Origin: Stegostoma tigrinum
Lineage: Eukaryota
Reading direction: 5' to 3'
Length of the DNA stretch: 64,000 bases
Assembly: GCF_030684315.1 (NCBI RefSeq)
Contig: NC_081396.1
Span: 186,001-250,000 of the forward strand
Each line of letters starts with the position of its first letter. The stretch's first letter is position 1. The notes below the pieces were generated by a model that worked only from the letters and a program-made list of their open reading frames with translations, had not been told where the DNA came from and made no database searches. Of this stretch, positions 52,367 to 64,000 are shown piece by piece. The translations under genes and the position numbers were made by a program.

Positions 52367-52539
52367 TGGAGCTTCTTTAGCCGAAGAGTGGTGAGAATGT
52401 GAAATTGTTAAAGTACGGAATGGTTGAAGTGAAGAGTAGAGATGGATTTTACAGGTAAGCAAGACAAGCCCATGAGGGGGAAGGGAATGGATGATTATGA
52501 TGGGGTAGATGAGGATCCTTTTAACCCCTTCAATATCTG

Positions 52540-52880
52540 CTCCCTCCAGCACTGACCCTTTGTGTGCACTACCTAGACGATGCACTGCAATAAATCACGA
52601 AGGCACCTTCAACAGTCTCTTCCAAACCCACAACCACCACTATCTAGAAGGACAAGGGCTGTAAGTGCTTTGAAACCTCTCCATGTTCACGTTCCCCATC
52701 TCTACCTGGATCTATGTTGTTGGACATTTACCGTCACTGGCACGCGTGGGTGTCTGTACACTAAATGGTCAGTATGGGTTCAAGAAAATGTCTCACCATC
52801 ACTTCCTCCAAGGCAGTTAGGGATAAGTAATAAATACTGGCTCCGATAGTGAGTACTGAGCCCAGGAATAAATGGAATAA
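52540..52880 (+). mobile_element. LINE (CR1/L2 clade) 3' end
   Basis: 'MHCNKSRRHLQQSLPNPQPPLSRRTRA' and a tail similar to 44870-45310. Confidence 0.6.
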
Positions 52881-55341
52881 AAGGAGGCTTGAGCAGAGTA
52901 TGAACACGCATGGACTGATCAGCCAAAAGGACACATTCTATGCTGCATATTCTGTCTAGATACCAAAACATCTTTATTGTATTAGCCAATACTCTTTGTG
53001 ATATGCTTGAAGTAGTTGGAAAGTAAATAACTTGTATTTTCTAGCACGTTCCATGAATTTGGGATGTTGCGGTTTTGAGTATATCTGAAGTGCTGTCAGT
53101 TTTGTGAAGGCATTTTGTGCAAACCAGGACTCATGAATAATAAGATACTGACCGGGCAATGGCTTTTAATGATGTTGGCTGGAGATAAATACTGTATGGT
53201 ATACTCAGAAATCAATTTAATGTCTGATCTAAAAGCCCAGCCGCACCTGCCCCCAACAGTGTAGCTCTCTCTTAGTAATATCAACCTCGACGCTGTGCTC
53301 ACGAATCTGCTGAAACCCCCAACCTTCTGGTTTTGAAGTGAAACTGCAACCATTGAGGCACTGATGAGTGAACAGCCATTGTCTGTTGTACACCAGTGCC
53401 AAAACATTATACTGCTCAACTCTTCCAAAGGAAAGAACATCAATCTGCTTCATCTTACCCCGCACTTCACTTCTTAAAACTCTGAGCCATTCTGAATCTG
53501 TTGGACCTTGAGTTCTCATGGACCACAGTATCCTTTAGCTCTGTTGGACAATTCAGAATTACACACAGACATGAAATGAGGTTTCACCAATTACACACAG
53601 AGGGTGAACGTGGTCTTGGCTGCAGAACACATCAGGTTACATTGAATCACCCATGTGTTTCACAGCTGCCCAGATTTTCAATCCCATTGAGTACAGTAGG
53701 AAAGAGGCCAGGGTGGACTGTAACCTGGGCTGAGAATCACACTCACCAGAATCACTCCAGGCTAGGTTCACCCTGAATACCATTTCATAAATTCCAGCTC
53801 TCTAACGATATAGTGACACTCATCATTCTCCTCATTACTACTGTATTTCAGCACAATGCTGACATCCTCAGGAGTTTATCAAAGTTATCCCCAGATCCAT
53901 GCCCTGACCACCATTTCCCAACACTGCTTGAATTATGAATTCTGAATTATTATTGAATTATGAATTATACTTCTGGCCCACTGGCTCCAGGATGTGAAAG
54001 ACCGTCAACTGTAAATGATGTTGACTGATACGATCCTGTCACCTACACTGGAAAAGATCAGCTGCTCCATCAAAGTCAGTGCAGAGAGAAATAGAATTAA
54101 AACTTTGTCAAGTGCTCACACCCTGATTTCTGAGACGTACAGCTAATTGATTTAGTTTCACTGTTTTTTTCAAAATGCCTGAATTTATATCTTGCCTTTG
54201 GGAAAACTTTTGGCAGCTAATGAAATACATTTGAAGTGTCGTGATCAGTGGAATGTAGGGAACACAGTATCTAATATCTAGAAAAACAACAATAAGATCA
54301 TGAGATAATCAACCATGTTCAAACTGATTGAACCAGATGGTACATTGCCTTCACACCCGCACAATATTCCAGTCTACTCAAGTCTGTGGGATAAGTGTAT
54401 ACCTGCTGTTCCTTTGAATAATACAAGATTCCAGCCTGATAGATGGACTGTCTGCGTTGACCTCCATTTTGCAGTTGTCCAATATTTTGTCAAGGTAACT
54501 TCAACAATAATTTCTTTATTTACCTCCCCAGCCTGCACCAGCTCCCCCTTTCCACTGACAATCACCAACTATTCATTGGCTTTTACCAGTTGTTTGATTT
54601 CACACACACTCCCAAAGTCTTGCAGCATGGAAGCTCAGTCATTAACTCAAGACAGACATTCATAGATTTTGAGTCGCACTTGATGTCAAGGGACACTGAA
54701 ATAAGATGACAGATTTCCCTCTGCAAAGTACCTTAAGGGTTTGTATTAATCTGCCACTTTCTCCAGAGTGTGTGTTCTGGTGCCACTCCATGCAAATCAA
54801 CAGCCATAACCATTTCAATTCACCAGGGTAAGATTTGAACTCACAGCCTCTTGGACGATATATTTCTATGGGTCCTGATCCCTTTCTTGCTAGTATTCCC
54901 ATTTTTCTGCAGATTGGAAATGTCACTTGTTTATGTTCTATGGTATTTTAATATCTCAATTACTCTCACCTTGAAACAAGTCTTGCTCTTATCATAATTT
55001 TTGAGTCAAATTCTGCCATTTATATAAATTACCATTTGATCCTGTCAGTTTTATAATAAATTAATTTATTCATTACTTAATTTGTGCTCTCAGTTAATTT
55101 CTGATATGGAAGACGGTGGGACACTCCCTTAGTATGTGCTCAATTCTGAAATGAGTTTGAACCCATCACCTTCTGAATTTGACGTGAGAGTGAGACCCAA
55201 CTGAGTCACAGATGATATATACATGTGTAAACTCTGTGTCTGACAGTGTAATTGTTTTCAGAAACAGCTGCTTGTAGCTTTAACCCAAATTCTCCAATTT
55301 GCCATGAATTTATATATTGGTTTTGTCTATTTACGTTTCAG

Positions 55342-55662
55342 ATGCCCAGACCAAACCTTCAGTTTATGTTTCCAGTACTTCCTGTGACACAAGCTCCAAT
55401 CAAGATCAGATCAGCCTCCACTGTCTAGTCAAGGATTTCCAGCCCAGGAGCATCCAACAGACATGGTCCAGTGACAATAGAGAGATCACAACTGGATTCA
55501 ATAAGTATCCCACAGTCTTGGGGCAAAATACGAAGTACACGATGAGCAGTGTGCTCAGTGTCTCTGCGTCGGATTGGAATGCGGGCAAGGTCTACCACTG
55601 CAAGGCGGGCTACAAGGCAAATGAAATGGTGGAAGCTGAGACCACAAAGCCTCAGCCTCAAT
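55342..55662 (+). CDS. IgW: IgW constant exon C1
   Basis: Acceptor TTTCAG at 55341. AQTKPSVYVSSTSC...ISLHCLVKDFQP...TW...SVSASDWNAGKVYHC. Donor GTTAGT at 55663. The extra Cys in the A-B region fits light-chain pairing. Confidence 0.93.
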
Positions 55663-56871
55663 GTTAGTAAAGAGCTTACTTACCATTCTTAACTCTACAG
55701 GATTGGGGGATATGGTTAGAAAAGAATCTTCAGCAACAAGTGAGGGAGGTTTCTGCCCAAAACACCACAAATTAATTCTTGTCTCCAGATGCTGTATCCT
55801 TGCTTGTTGGCAGTCTGCCAGGAGCTAAATAACCATCATGAAATTGTGCAAAACAGGCTAAAGCAGGGCAACAACGTTGTTGCCTGTGATGCCACAATTC
55901 CAACATTTAGTTCTGCTGGAGTCAGTGCAACTGAAAATTGTGGCGGGAGGGGGTGGGCAGTGCGCTGCTGGGGGGTTGTTGAGGTTCACCACACAGGAAA
56001 GAAATGCCATAATCTCTGTACCGTTTCTGATTCAGCTCCAATAACAGAGGCCCCACCCCTCACCCTTTAGCACATCATCAATTTATAAGAGCTTACAGGA
56101 AAGGAGGCTATTTAACCCATCAGATGTGTGCCAGTATTATCAAAGATGCAAAATTGTTCCACTCCTCAGCCCTTTGTCCATGATCCTGCAAACATTTTGT
56201 ATTCTAAGCAAGAATCCAATTCTCTTTTGGAAAATATACTTGAATCTGTTTCACCAGCCTCTCAAAGGGAGTGCATTCCAGATTCAAACAAATTGCTGTG
56301 TTTGCAAAGAAAAACATCCTCACGCCTGTCTGGTTTTATTGTATCACTTATCAAGACTGAACTTCCTGCAAATGGAAACCATTAACCCAATCTTTTACTG
56401 GTTGCTTATCTACTTTGACACACACAGTCAAAATCAAGCAGTGTAGAAGCAAGACAGAGATTCATTGATTTCCAGATACTCTTGAACTGAAGGGACAGAG
56501 GATAATATGAATATGGCATTGAAGGAGCTGCTGAGCAATGGCATATGAACAAGGGGAGGCCAGTCAGCTCCTTGAAACTGCTCCATTTTATTAGATCATG
56601 GCTAATGTCCACCTCAACTTCCAGTGACCTGCCTTTGCTCCAGATCTCAGTAAAATGTGATGCTGCACTCTGCAATCCGTAGGAATGGTTCTTGCACTCC
56701 CTATCACAGCTCACTTGGACATGCAAGATCATTCTCATCAGGCTCATTATTCCCAGGCAAATCAAGGTCAATATGGAAGGCACTGGCATTGTGGTGATTT
56801 CTTTAGATGTTAGGGGAAATGTGTGCATCTTTTCTGTTCCATGTAATCTGAAATATTGCAACATTCCACAG

Positions 56872-57171
56872 CTCCCCATGTCTTCTCTGTTGTTCCATCT
56901 TGGGAGATGGTCTACAATCAAACCACTGCTGCCCTGGGGTGCATACTATCTGGATTCTATCCTGACATTGTCCAGGTTTCCTGGTTTAAAGCCGGAGTGC
57001 TCCAATCGGGTGCCAAACTCCTCTCCAAAAAGGCAAAAGGTGGTACATTTGAAACAGTCTCTTACCTGACTGTACAGGTGGCGGATTGGAAGAATGGGGA
57101 TGAATTCACTTGTGCAGTGTCCCATGAGCCGACAAGCTTCAATACCAGGATCAACATGAAGTATCGGGAGG
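56872..57171 (+). CDS. IgW: IgW constant exon C2
   Basis: Acceptor CCACAG at 56871. PHVFSVVPS...ALGCILSGFYPDIVQVSWFK...DWKNGDEFTCAVSH. Donor GTAAGT at 57172; phase 1-1. Confidence 0.94.
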
Positions 57172-57653
57172 GTAAGTAGACTCTGAGAGGGAGTAAGGAT
57201 ACCCTGTCAGAAATTCAATCTTCTAATAACCGAATGTGCGAGCACTTGCTCACAATTTTTGAATCACTGACATTGATTATAAGAACGGCGGTGGGGGGGG
57301 GGGACACTTAGTATTTTCTGTTTTGATATTAAAACCACATCTAACTGAACTATTGTAACGTAAAGCACTGAGGCTATTTAAACCCTCATTCAATTTTACT
57401 TGATGTGACTGCAATAGAAATGAAAATGGGGCGAGATGTCAAATGGTCTTCTGAAAACATTCACACTTCAAATCACCTTCGGTTTCCTCCCACTGCCATC
57501 CAAGTGCTGTTTTATTAAATAAATCTTTCGAATGCTGAATTTGAATGAATTACCATGATGTGCTTCAACCATCTCCCAAGGGAGCCAGTCCCTGACAGAA
57601 GCAGGAGAGCTAAAAATGTATAACATTTAAATTTGTATCTCTTCCAATTCCAG

Positions 57654-57802
57654 GTGGATGTACTCCTCACACTTGTCCTCCTCGCTCTTGTTCTGAGTCT
57701 CCGCCAGTCCTGCTCTACCATACTAACCTTAATGTGACCCTCAAAAATGGTGAAAAGCACCAATATAACTGTGCCAATCAAATGTGTAAAATAAAGTTGT
57801 GA
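57654..57802 (+). CDS. IgW: Secretory tailpiece exon of short-form IgW: [49 protein letters not shown]
   Basis: Pyrimidine tract and CAG at 57653, in frame (phase 1) with the C2 donor. 5 Cys and an NVT sequon. Resembles the Cys-rich tail of elasmobranch short IgW/IgX. AATAAA at 57790 and 58032. Confidence 0.88.
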
Positions 57803-59459
57803 ATTCATTGTGAATGGAACTGGCCATTGAATTTCATTACAAGTCTCTGACAGGTTGCACTTAGTGTTTCCTAGCCAATCGACTTATCTAAGTAGTCATT
57901 TCTTGGTGACCTGTACCGGGTTAGGTTGCAAGGTCCTGATCCCACGGTTTGACCCCCGCCTCTTGGCTCTGACTCAGGTTGACAAGAATTTGAAGACTAT
58001 TTGTCATCCAGAGGGACAGTCACCTTGATCCAATAAAATAGGAGCTTGGCCTCTTTCTTCAGTGATGTTGGTCCTGAGGCAAGTTTGTGATTCAGGACTT
58101 AAGGATTTACCTGGGGCCCTGTAGGATCTGGTAGGTTTTGGGTGTAAACACAGGTCAGGAAAATGAGAGACGATCCCTTCAATCCTGCATACTGACAACT
58201 GTCAATGAACTGTACTCAATATTGACAAGGACTTCAAATTGACAAAACTTTTCTATTTAACTTCTCTACGAAGGTGAATGGAATGAAATGTCCCTTATCC
58301 TGTGATTCCACCATTTTACAATGATAAGGGGAATACTTCTGATTCTGTGAGGTTTGATTGTCAGGGAGCAAACATTAAGAATTGGTCATTAATATAATGT
58401 TCATTACTAATCTTGGAGGAAAATGCTCAACATCTTGTCTGACAGGCAGGTGACAGAAATGGAACATATGAAGTTAATACCACATGTGTTCCTGTCACTA
58501 CTCTGAACATCAGCTCAAACTGCATTGGAAGATTTGGTACTTTGTGTTCATAAATGTTTTGATTAGGACACAGACATAGTAATCATTTCTCTTTTCAAGT
58601 ATTAACTCAATGTGATATAGACAGAGAGCAATCAGCGTGGATCAAAGCAGACACCATAGTTACGGTTTGCACAGTGAATGTGTTTGGACATTGACCATGT
58701 GCAGCGCACACAGGTCGCTGCAGAATATCTGAAGTAATGATAATTCTTTGAGAGACAAGTATAAAGAAGAACATGTGATCAAATCAATGCGTGATTACCC
58801 TCAAGTCTAATATTTCCTGAACAAATTTGGATTGTGTGAGGATCATGTTCTGTATAAATGATCTCCAACCTGCAACAAGAGAGGGCTTTTGTGACTTCCT
58901 GTGATACATGGGTTTGCTCTCCCAATGCAAAAATGAACCAACTTCCTTGGCAGGCAGGATTATGAATAACATCTTGCATTTATAGAGCTCTCAAATATGG
59001 CAAAAATAAATCCCAGATGGTGGAAAACCAGAGAGGAATTGGCACTTAGTCAAAAAATGCTGAATGTAGGATGTGACCAAAAACTTGGCCAATACGGGCC
59101 AAAATTGTGTCTTGAAGGGTAAGTAAGAAAGAGCGAGAATAGGTCACTGAAGGTTAGGGAATGAGTCCCAGAGATTAGGACCTGACCATCAATGTTCAAA
59201 TAAAGGGTTTATAGAATTTACAACAGACCTAAATTTTACAGAGTTTCCAGATTATTGTAGAGTTGAAGAAGATTACAGAGAGAGGGAAGGCCAAGGCAAT
59301 GGAATTTTAGGATTGGAATCATAAAACGAAGCTTTCAGTGCTGACTCCAATGAGAGCAAGAAAAGTAAAGAAAGATTTGCATTTATATCTCATTTCCATA
59401 ACGATAAGACATCCTAAAGTGCTTCACAGCCAATTAGGTATTTTAAAGTGTAGTCGCTC

Positions 59460-59810
59460 TTTATTCATTCACAGGATGAGGGTGTTACTGGCTAAGCAGC
59501 ATTTATTGCCAATTCCTAATTGCTCAGAGGGCAGTTCAGAATCAACCACATTGCTGTGGGTCTGGAATCACATGTAGGCCAGACCAGGTGAGGATGGAAG
59601 TTTCCTTCCCGAAAGGACATGAGTGAACCAGATGTTTGTTTCCAACAATTGAGAATGGATTCACAGTCAGCGCTTGACTTTATTGAATATTTATCAAATT
59701 CAAATTCCACCATCTGCCATGGTAGGATTCGAACCCAGGTACCCGGGACATTATCTGGGTCTCTGGATTAACAGTCCAGCAACAACACCACTCAGCCATC
59801 ATCTCCCTCT
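59460..59810 (-). mobile_element. SINE (SacSINE/Deu-like)
   Basis: Reverse complement has a tRNA-like B box (GGTTCGAATCC) and the same core as 34478 and 39250. Confidence 0.72.
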
Positions 59811-60667
59811 CTTGTAATGTAGGAAATGTTGCAGTCAACCCGCACAGAGTAAGTTTCCATTAAAAAAAATCTCAGAATAACTCAGTAATCTGCTGCTTGT
59901 GATTATGAGTGAGTGATAAAATTGTCTGGGAGATCAGCAATAGCTCTCCTGCTTTTCTTCAGAATAGTGTTCTGTCATCTGGTACTTCCACCTGAGACAG
60001 CACAAGGTGCGTCATTTTCATTTCTCAACCAAAGTGCCTTTGACAGTGCAGTACTCCCTCTGGACTGCCCTGAAATGCCAACTTTGAGTTTGCACTCAAG
60101 TGGATTATAAGCCAACAATGTGAACAATGAGAGGAGTCAGCAACTGTGTCATGGGTGAGAGAAATAGGTTTCTCATTGATTTGGTGTGTTCGATGTCAGG
60201 AATCAATCACACACAAGAAGAAGAATTTGTACAATTGTTCTTTTTGCTGGGCAGCTTGTATCTCTGTCTCACTCCATTTCGCAAATCAGAGATTGCATTT
60301 ATTAATATTGTTGTCTCCGAAATCTGCTCAGCCCACAATTGATTGCAGGGCTTGCAGTGAAGTTTTGATCTCAGACGTGGGAAACAGATTTAAGATGGAT
60401 CTGCCTCATTCTTAATGCACTGATTGTACATCCTTGGTCAAAATTTACAAATGAGGAACTGCAAAACATGTTTTAAATAAACCTTGGATTTTCTAATGGT
60501 CGAGTATCTGCTCCAGATGTTCTGGATTAAAAAAGAATCCAGTTCAAGTCCACTTTTGTTGCCATGTTTCTTTGCTTCAAAAATAGCAAAGCCTTCCCCA
60601 AACGTCTGAAACCTGCTGACACCAGAAAATATCAATTCTTCTGAAGTTTTTCCTTTCCCATTCCCAG

Positions 60668-60964
60668 AAGTGTCTGTCTTTCTCCGAAATCCTTCAATCA
60701 AAGAGCTTTGGATCAACAAGACTGCCACCCTGGTGTGTACAGCAGTGTGTTCTGATCCCAGCCAGGTACAGATCACCTGGAAGGTAAATCGGAGGCAGAG
60801 AAGCAAAGGGGTTACAGCTCAGAGAGAGGAAGGCGCCCAATACGTCATCATCAGCCAACTCCAAACCACAGCACAGGAGTGGGAGAGTGGGGTGGAGTTT
60901 GTGTGTTCTGCTCAAAGTGGTCCCTCCTCCTCATCAGTGTCAAAGTGGACAAGGAGCCTAAGAG
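60668..60964 (+). CDS. IgW: IgW constant exon C3
   Basis: Acceptor TTCCCAG at 60667. EVSVFLRNPSIKELWINKTATLVCTAVC...ITWKVN...EWESGVEFVCSA. Donor GTGAG at 60965. Confidence 0.93.
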
Positions 60965-61053
60965 GTGAGCAAGAGATCACAAATTACATACCTGACTTTG
61001 CCAAGCTCATAGTAAGAGGTTAACACCTTCTTTGTTTTTCCCATCTGTTCCAG

Positions 61054-61371
61054 TTCCACAAAAAAGTCCCGAGGTCAGATTGCTGCCTCCACCAGCCCAA
61101 GAGACCAAGAATCAGAGCAAAGTTACACTCGAGTGTGTGATCACTGGATTCTACCCAGACCTCATACAGGTCTCCTGGGAGAAGGACAGCAGCCTGATCT
61201 CCTCCAACACCCATGCTGGCCTCACTGCTCTGGAGCAGACAGGGACATTCAGTGTCAGGCACTACCTGACTGTGAACACAGAGGAGTGGAGGAAAGGTTC
61301 AGTCTTCACCTGTGCAGTGTCTCATCCACCGTCCAACTTTACCAGCAGGAAGGAGGTGAAGAATGTCCAAG
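61054..61371 (+). CDS. IgW: IgW constant exon C4
   Basis: 89-bp intron from C3. PEVRLLPP...VTLECVITGFYPDLIQVSWEKD...EWRKGSVFTCAVSHPPS. Donor GTAAGT at 61372. Confidence 0.94.
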
Positions 61372-61538
61372 GTAAGTCCTGGGCCTGGTGACAAGATTAA
61401 TGTCACTTATCCTCATAGAAACTCTTCTTACACCAGTTTGAAGAAGAGAAAGTTGTGGGCCTGAGTGGAACTCCACATTCCCTACCACAGGGCAATGGAG
61501 GTGAAGATATTTGTTACCAAAGTCAGGAGCTCTTCCAG

Positions 61539-61695
61539 TTTGAGACTGGAACAGAACCCTTCTTATTCCTGGTGGGAATGGTGGATACTCTTGTTCTCGC
61601 TGCATGGCAAGTTTCCTGTGTGAGGCTAACTTTGACATCACTTTCTCTGAAGGCAATATAAATGTGACCAACAAATAGAGTCCATTGATGGGTAG
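61539..61695 (+). pseudogene. Decayed second secretory tail exon (paralogue of 57654-57802)
   Basis: SCSRCMASFLCEANFDITFSEG aligns without gaps to [29 protein letters not shown] (compare QYNCANQ) follows in a shifted frame. The acceptor is damaged. Confidence 0.7.
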
Positions 61696-61854
61696 TTTGT
61701 GAACACAATCATGTTGATCTGATAAAAGGCTGTTCCATTGTAATGATGTTGGTCATCAATGTAATTGCTGAGAGAGAACACAAGAATTCTGCCATGTCCT
61801 GTGCAGCCCAGTAAACTTTGAGAACCTTTGATCATTGAAAGACAAACTATTCTA

Positions 61855-62565
61855 TTCAGATTAGAATTAGAGTTGGCTTTACTGTCATGTGCACTCAAAT
61901 GAGTGCAGTGAAAAGTTTGCAATGTTACTGCTTATGTCCATCTCAGCGACAGATAAAGGTACTTGAGTATTTGTTCCATAATTGAAAGAACAAAACATAA
62001 AATTCAGCACAGGAATACAGAAATTTTAAAAACAACTTGAATTACTCAAAAAGTCTGGCATAAGAATAAAAAGGTTTTTAAGAAGTGCTCAAATTACAGT
62101 CCTTTTCACCAAGTCTGCGCCTGCACCTCAACTCCAGAGTGCACCAGGTAAATCTCCAGATCACACAAGGCTTGAAAAATCCAAGCCTGGCTTCCAGTGT
62201 GCAAGGGCCTTGCCTCCCCGGTGCTGGCCTCCAGTCCAGGACCCGCCCTGGGACTCAACCCCCTGCACGAGCATCTGGTCTGGGACTCGCCTCCTGGCAA
62301 CAGCCTCCGGCCCAGGGCTTTCCTCCCATGTTGGCCTGGTCTCGCATTCGCTCCCACGCTGGCCTGCTCACAGACATACCTCCAGGATTCATCAGTGATG
62401 TCCTCTGGTCTGGGAGTCACCTCCTCCATTCTCTCAGGTAAGTTAAGACATTAAAAGTTTGGGAAGAAAAAAATGCTGCAGAAAAGGGAAGAAAGAAAGA
62501 AAAGAAAAGGATCTGGGGCAGGAGAGTAGCTCTGGCTGGAGTACCCGAATCTGATGCCATCTTCC
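61855..62565 (-). mobile_element. Probable interspersed repeat (non-autonomous, LINE-derived) in the C4-C5 intron
   Basis: GC-rich block with a minus-strand start AAGATGGCATC and a simple-repeat/AT-rich tail. No recognisable protein; family not identified. Confidence 0.4.
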
Positions 62566-63538
62566 TGATGTACCCATCATCCAGGTATTGGCCAAAGTCC
62601 ATGATAGTTCAAAACTCAGAAAATAGTTCCGAAATTTATTTTTGTTTTGAGGAGGAAATGAAAATGAACATTGTTCGCTCAGCAGCATCAGAATTTCACA
62701 ACAATGAGGAGCATTCTCCACCTCTCTGAGAGCTTACACGCTGAGAGATCACCATACATTCCAGATTGTTAGATGTCAACACTTGGTCATTTTCTCATCA
62801 CTAATGTGGATGTTGAATCCCGAGTCAAATTACTGACTGTACCCAGTGTTTATTAAACCACAGAATATGAAAGTCTTCAGAATGAACAATCTCAATTTGT
62901 CAATACATTTAGCATAGAATTGTTTTTTTATCATGCTTAAAAAGTGAGCAAGGGAGAGAAACCAAAGCTCTGTCAAGTGAATAAAAGCCACATTCTCATC
63001 AGACATCATGTGCAGAATATCATCTAAGAATGCAGTCAGGGGAAAAGACTCTCAAAGCTCATTAAGGATGTCATCCTGATGCAATAATAGTTATCCTTTA
63101 CAATGCATTCAAGAGTTACATTGCAATTTCCTACAGGGAGAAGAGTTGTGGCTTTTGGGTGCAATGTGCTTGAAAAGTGTTCAGAACATGTGCTGAACTG
63201 TGGGATAACAGAAATGACTGATGGTTTAGAAATCAGTAGCAATGGGGAAAATGTGTGATGAGTTTGGTGAACCATCCAATTTCTTCTCCCATGACTCAGA
63301 CATGCAAGTACAGAACAGGATGTACATGTTATGCTCAAACGACCCCCGAACTATAGCACAAGGGGGATTTTTGTCACTTTCAGGCACACAACAATGTTGA
63401 AGACTAATTACTGCCTTTGATAGAGCCCAGCAGGGTATCAGTTTTATGTGTAATGATGAGCATGAATTGTCAGCCATGCAAGTGACACTGACATCCCACT
63501 GGGGAGTTAGGGAGTAATAATTGTCATTGTCCTCCCAG

Positions 63539-63859
63539 ATGAATGTTTGGACACTGGAATCTTGGTCACCTTAAGCAAGCCTCCTTTTGAAGAGATCTGG
63601 AGGAACAAAACAGCAACCATTCTGTGTGAGATACTTCACCATGATTTACAGGGAGTCAGGGTAACCTGGAAAGTGGATGGAATCATGAGACAAGATGGAG
63701 TGAAGACCCAGGGTCCCAAGAAGAATGGACATGAAGAGATAATCTTCAGTAGACTGACGGTCCCTGCTGCAGAATGGGAGAGTGGCGTAGAGTACATGTG
63801 TTTGGTCGAGGATGAAAATTTGCCAACGCCAGAGAAGAGGTTCATTAGGAAAGCCCAAG
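63539..63859 (+). CDS. IgW: IgW constant exon C5
   Basis: Acceptor CCTCCCAG at 63538. DECLDTGILVTLSKPPFEEIWRNKTATILCEI...VTWKVDG...EWESGVEYMCLVED. Donor GTACGT at 63860. Confidence 0.94.
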
Positions 63860-64000
63860 GTACGTGTAGATGGAAATGTGTGTCTGATCTTAGCAACTGA
63901 AGTGATTTATTGCCAGAGAGTGAAGCAGCTTATCGCAGGCTGTCAGAGTATGTGACAAGCTCAGAGATGTGTGTCAACCCCGTCGAGGAACTGACCAGAT

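Noticed and set aside
57654-57737. Alternative frame of the secretory exon reads [18 protein letters not shown]..., which looks transmembrane-like
   Set aside because: It needs a phase-0 donor, but all C/J donors are phase 1. The hydrophobic run is only about 14 aa and lacks the conserved antigen-receptor TM motif.
62085-62454. Overlapping ORFs in the C4-C5 intron
   Set aside because: No Ig motifs or splice context; lie within a probable GC-rich repeat.
63137-63258. Acceptor-like TTTCCTACAG followed by a 40-codon phase-1 ORF with 3 Cys (possible tail exon)
   Set aside because: No similarity to the IgW tail and no AATAAA before C5. The homologous candidate is at 61539-61695.
63036-63338. Minus-strand ORF with 'KPSV...VTLECIVKD' resembling an Ig C domain
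   Set aside because: Wrong spacing, no Trp and no second canonical Cys; likely chance.

Overview
Eukaryotic genomic DNA from a cartilaginous fish (shark-type HE1 SINE, CR1 LINEs and shark minisatellites; species not determinable here). The main content is an unrearranged, apparently intact IgW (omega) heavy-chain minilocus on the + strand. It comprises leader exon 46295-46340, VH 46461-46759 with 23-RSS, D1 (12/23), D2 (12/12), JH 47962-48004 with 23-RSS, a 7.3 kb J-C intron, and C exons C1-C5 (55342-63859). The remaining C exon(s) and TM exons are expected beyond the right edge. Two exons missing from the ORF track were read from the sequence. One is an intact Cys-rich secretory tail exon after C2 (57654-57802), with an AATAAA inside its last codons. 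The other is a paralogous, decayed second secretory exon after C4 (about 61539-61695) with a frameshift and a damaged acceptor. The upstream 45 kb is mostly repeats: an 8 kb G/A-rich minisatellite with gaps, CR1/L2/Tx1 LINE relics, SINEs, a decayed Gmr1-like Gypsy element and Penelope-related elements with hammerhead-like motifs. Repeat boundaries are approximate; Ig coordinates were read base by base. I found no wholly new biological system, and most ORF-track entries are repeat artefacts.
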